Source of the DNA: Bacteroidia bacterium
GTDB lineage: Bacteria; Bacteroidota; Bacteroidia; 2-12-FULL-35-15
Direction of reading: 5' to 3'
Length of the DNA: 49,930 bases
Assembly: GCA_046594925.1 (NCBI GenBank)
Contig: JBKJQG010000132.1
Span: forward strand, 1-49,930
The translations under genes were made by a program, and so were the position numbers. The notes beneath the pieces are model-generated. The model was given only the letters and a program-made list of their open reading frames with translations, had not been told where the DNA came from and made no database searches. Positions 47,088 through 49,930 of this stretch are shown here, one piece after another (within the stretch, counting starts at the first letter, position 1; every line of letters begins with the position of its first letter).

Positions 47088-48197
47088 ATGGACTACAAAA
47101 GAATCCCCATAGAAATTGAATCGCCTGAACAACTGGGTTATTCAAATGTAAAATACAACCTGACGGAAAGCTCCGTCAGCGACACCGTTATGGGCAACAT
47201 TCAACTGAACATCAATGACCTAAAGTTGGCATATACCGATCATATAGGAAAACCAGAACTGAGAGCATTGTTGATTTCTGAATACAAAAACCTCAGCAAA
47301 GAAAACATCCTGATCACGGCCGGTGCTGCCTCTGCTTTATTCATCGTCGCCACCTCCCTGCTCGAAAAAGAAGATCATTTGATTGTCCTGCGTCCGAATT
47401 ATGCTTCCAACATTGAAACACCCCGGGCGATAGGTTGCGAGATCGATTTTGTCGACCTCAAATTCGAAAATAGCTTTACTGTTTCTGTTGAAGAGATTCG
47501 CTCCAAAATAAAACCAAACACAAAACTAATCAGCATCACCCATCCGCACAACCCAACGGGAATGGTCATTCCGAAAGAAACGATGTTGGAAATAGCTGAC
47601 CTAGCCGAAAAGAACAATTGCATTTTGTTGGTCGATGAAACCTATCGTGAATTAAACCTGGACAACATCTACCCACTTGCGGCTTCATTACACAAGAGGG
47701 TCATCTCCGTCGGCTCGGTTTCAAAAGCTTACGGATTACCAGGAATTCGCATTGGCTGGCTCGTGACTCGCGACAAAAAATTATTTGAAAAATTTCTCGC
47801 AGCAAAAGAACAGATCTTTCTTTGCAATTCAGTGATCGATGAGGAGGTCGCATACCAGTATCTGTTAAAGAAGGAACAGCACTTCAAAGGCATCAGAGAA
47901 CATATCCATAAAAATTATCAAACGGTGATAAATTGGATAGCTTCTGAACAGCGCATGGAAATGATCGAACCCGGCGGAGGGGTGGTCTGCTTTCCGAGAA
48001 TAAAAAACAAAGACCTGAATGCTGCCCTATTCTACGAGACACTGAATAAAAAATACGAGACCTTTGTAGGTCCCGGCCATTGGTTTGAAATGCCCGCCCA
48101 TTACATGCGCATAGGATACGGCTGGCCATCGAATGAAGAGTTGACGCAAGGACTGAAAAACATCTCCTTGTGCCTGGACGACTTGGGAATGCGTTGA
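47088..48197 (+). CDS. PLP-dependent aminotransferase class I/II
   Basis: ITAGAA.AL, PHNPTG, VDETY and SVSKAYGLPGIRIGW; ATG 47088 preferred. Confidence 0.9.
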   Translation: MDYKRIPIEIESPEQLGYSNVKYNLTESSVSDTVMGNIQLNINDLKLAYTDHIGKPELRALLISEYKNLSKENILITAGAASALFIVATSLLEKEDHLIVLRPNYASNIETPRAIGCEIDFVDLKFENSFTVSVEEIRSKIKPNTKLISITHPHNPTGMVIPKETMLEIADLAEKNNCILLVDETYRELNLDNIYPLAASLHKRVISVGSVSKAYGLPGIRIGWLVTRDKKLFEKFLAAKEQIFLCNSVIDEEVAYQYLLKKEQHFKGIREHIHKNYQTVINWIASEQRMEMIEPGGGVVCFPRIKNKDLNAALFYETLNKKYETFVGPGHWFEMPAHYMRIGYGWPSNEELTQGLKNISLCLDDLGMR

Positions 48198-48217
48198 TTT
48201 TTTACTACATTTAGTCT

Positions 48218-48733
48218 ATGAAACATTTTATCCCCTTTCTCTTCGTTTGCTTTCTTCTAGCTTGCGGAGCTGCGGCATCTCCGGAACGCAAATTCGATAA
48301 ACATGATGTGGCATTTACTTGTCCCACCGGCTGGAAAATAACCGAAGAAGACAGCATGGACGGCGAGGGATATTATTTATCCTGCGAAATGGATGGTCTT
48401 ACTTCCAGTGCGCTGCTTACGATGAGCTGGGTCAATGATACCATAGATCTCGACGCGATGCTCGAACTCTATAAAGAAGAACTTAAGAATAACGAGATCT
48501 TTAAACGCACAAATATTACTTTCGAAGCCATCGAAGATGGTACTTATAACGGTAAGCCAGCAAGGGTCGCCAACTATCGTCTGACTTTGCTGAGCGACGA
48601 AACAGAAGGCAGCCTTTATTGCTTTTACGGCAGCATGAAAACATTCGCCCTCGTCAAGCAACAATCTACAGAAGATGATGCAAAAAACAAAAAAGGTTTT
48701 GAACTCATCGAAAGCAGCTTCACCATTAAATAA
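48218..48733 (+). CDS. Hypothetical lipoprotein
   Basis: Lipobox LLAC; F..P.GW and IESSFTIK motifs, suggestive of a PsbP/DcrB-like fold. Confidence 0.7.
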   Translation: MKHFIPFLFVCFLLACGAAASPERKFDKHDVAFTCPTGWKITEEDSMDGEGYYLSCEMDGLTSSALLTMSWVNDTIDLDAMLELYKEELKNNEIFKRTNITFEAIEDGTYNGKPARVANYRLTLLSDETEGSLYCFYGSMKTFALVKQQSTEDDAKNKKGFELIESSFTIK

Positions 48734-48738
48734 AAAAC

Positions 48739-49413
48739 ATGAACTACTTTTTAAGCGCTTTCGTTTGCATTTCTATTTGTGCCTGCTCCGGAGAATCCGA
48801 AGAACAATTGGCCGCAGAAGGATATCAGCTTCCGGACAGCTTATTTGCCTTTCAGAATATTGAAAACACACTGTTTACCGAGAATATGTTTTGGGACACT
48901 AACGATTGGACAAAAGTATACGTAGACTCTACAGCAAAAAAGGAATTTATTAAACTCGATAGCGCGCAAAAAATGCGCCTGCTTGCCCCCATAACGGGCA
49001 TCGACTCCAATTATCTAGTTGAATACATGGATGCCTTTTTTGTGTCCAAACAAAAAATGATCGGAGCGTTTACCCCCATTACAATTTTTATGTATGGGGA
49101 TGACTATTCGGCTTTGCATTATATCCTCCTGGACAAAACCATGAAACCTGTATCAAGTTATATTGTGAACGGCGGTGAAGCCGGAGGCCCGGTCGCGGAA
49201 ACAGAAAACTCCATCACGCTTCCTCCCGTGATCCATTCTTTTTTTAAAGGAGATGTATTCTATAACTATTCTTTAACAGAAACCATGAATACCGATTCTG
49301 TTGATCAGCCATCCACTTTTGATTCGCTGTATTTTGAGCATCACATTCTCCCTGAGGGAAAGATCCAAACAAAGCGCTTGGATAGTGTTCGCTTTGAACG
49401 AATGCCTAACTAA
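48739..49413 (+). CDS. Hypothetical lipoprotein
   Basis: Lipobox ICAC-S; starts 5 nt after the previous gene. Confidence 0.65.
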   Translation: MNYFLSAFVCISICACSGESEEQLAAEGYQLPDSLFAFQNIENTLFTENMFWDTNDWTKVYVDSTAKKEFIKLDSAQKMRLLAPITGIDSNYLVEYMDAFFVSKQKMIGAFTPITIFMYGDDYSALHYILLDKTMKPVSSYIVNGGEAGGPVAETENSITLPPVIHSFFKGDVFYNYSLTETMNTDSVDQPSTFDSLYFEHHILPEGKIQTKRLDSVRFERMPN

Positions 49414-49424
49414 TATTTTGTCAT

Positions 49425-49685
49425 TCAAAACGGACTAGGGTCAAATCCGGTTCCAATCGTAATCGTTTCCTCTACCTTAAAGGCAAGCTTCCTTAATTGT
49501 TTTATTGAAACGAACTTCCTATTTATCCTGTATCCGGGAGTCAGGCTATTATTCAATACATATTTCAATTTTCTAAATTTTTTCGTATATTTATTATCGC
49601 AATGAGCTAATTGATAAAAGTTGCCCTGAACATCAACAACAACGAATGGAAATTCGGTAAATCTATATCTAACAGCTAAAATCAT
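49425..49685 (-). CDS. Small basic hypothetical protein (start uncertain; frame open to 49733)
   Basis: MILAVRYRF...GYRINRKFVSIKQLRKL; divergent from the attI-like head at 49754-49773. Confidence 0.55.
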   Translation of the reverse strand: MILAVRYRFTEFPFVVVDVQGNFYQLAHCDNKYTKKFRKLKYVLNNSLTPGYRINRKFVSIKQLRKLAFKVEETITIGTGFDPSPF

Positions 49686-49753
49686 GTCAAAATGTGTGTA
49701 ACACAAACATATTGATTTTATTGATACGAGCACAAATTGTTACACAGATGTTG

Positions 49754-49773
49754 CGCATATATATAAGTTATGC
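49754..49773 (+). other. Second attI-like head / core site (GTTATGC)
   Basis: CGCATATATATAAGTTA aligns with CGGGTATAAACAAGTTA at 45698-45714. Confidence 0.4.
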
Positions 49774-49930
49774 CTCATTGTAGGACGACCGAATAAACCG
49801 ACAAAATTTCGACAAGAAATCGGAAAGACAGCCAACTCTTCTGCAAAATTAAAAGAGGTATTTGCCACACACAAGCCGACCCCAAAATACCACATTTAAT
49901 TTTGCCCGACACTCCAAAGCCCACCCACCA

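Noticed and set aside
3528-48863. Numerous 60-150 aa ORFs overlapping identified genes on the opposite strand or frame
   Set aside because: They are shadow ORFs of well-supported genes, with no recognisable motifs or start signals.
49404-49410. GCCTAAC as a third inverse core closing a long cassette
   Set aside because: It fits RYYYAAC, but no attC-like arms or 131-bp homology follow, and it is only loosely complementary to GTTGGGT.

Overview
Chromosomal window from a Bacteroidota bacterium. The assignment rests on TAnnTTTG -7 promoter boxes, T9SS C-terminal sorting domains, the Bacteroidota-type long PurF, and the acpP-fabF-rnc-IPExxxVDY-pyk and panC / GT5-fragment-DUF4270-glmS arrangements. 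Most of the window is housekeeping: purF, gmk, yicC, pyk, rnc, fabF, acpP, purN, rnhA, radA, panC, panD and glmS. Notable content: (1) a complete cyanophycin locus (cphA divergent from cphB-iaaA); (2) a UbiA prenyltransferase / type III PKS / methyltransferase / flavin oxidoreductase cluster; (3) an iodotyrosine-deiodinase-like nitroreductase; (4) a heme c plus copper monooxygenase fusion; (5) a 2138-aa T9SS adhesin-like protein; (6) a candidate ~140-nt sRNA with its own promoter and terminator, divergent from an uncharacterised helical-repeat protein; (7) several families of short palindromic intergenic repeats. The strongest novel signal lies right after the glmS terminator: an integrase-less, integron-like cassette array. 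It has two 131-bp attC-like sites whose core boxes are complementary cassette by cassette. One cassette carries a DUF6934-like gene plus an unannotated 54-aa ORF, a candidate toxin-antitoxin pair. A second attI-like head starts at the right edge of the window. All calls come from reading the sequence and recognising motifs; no searches were run.
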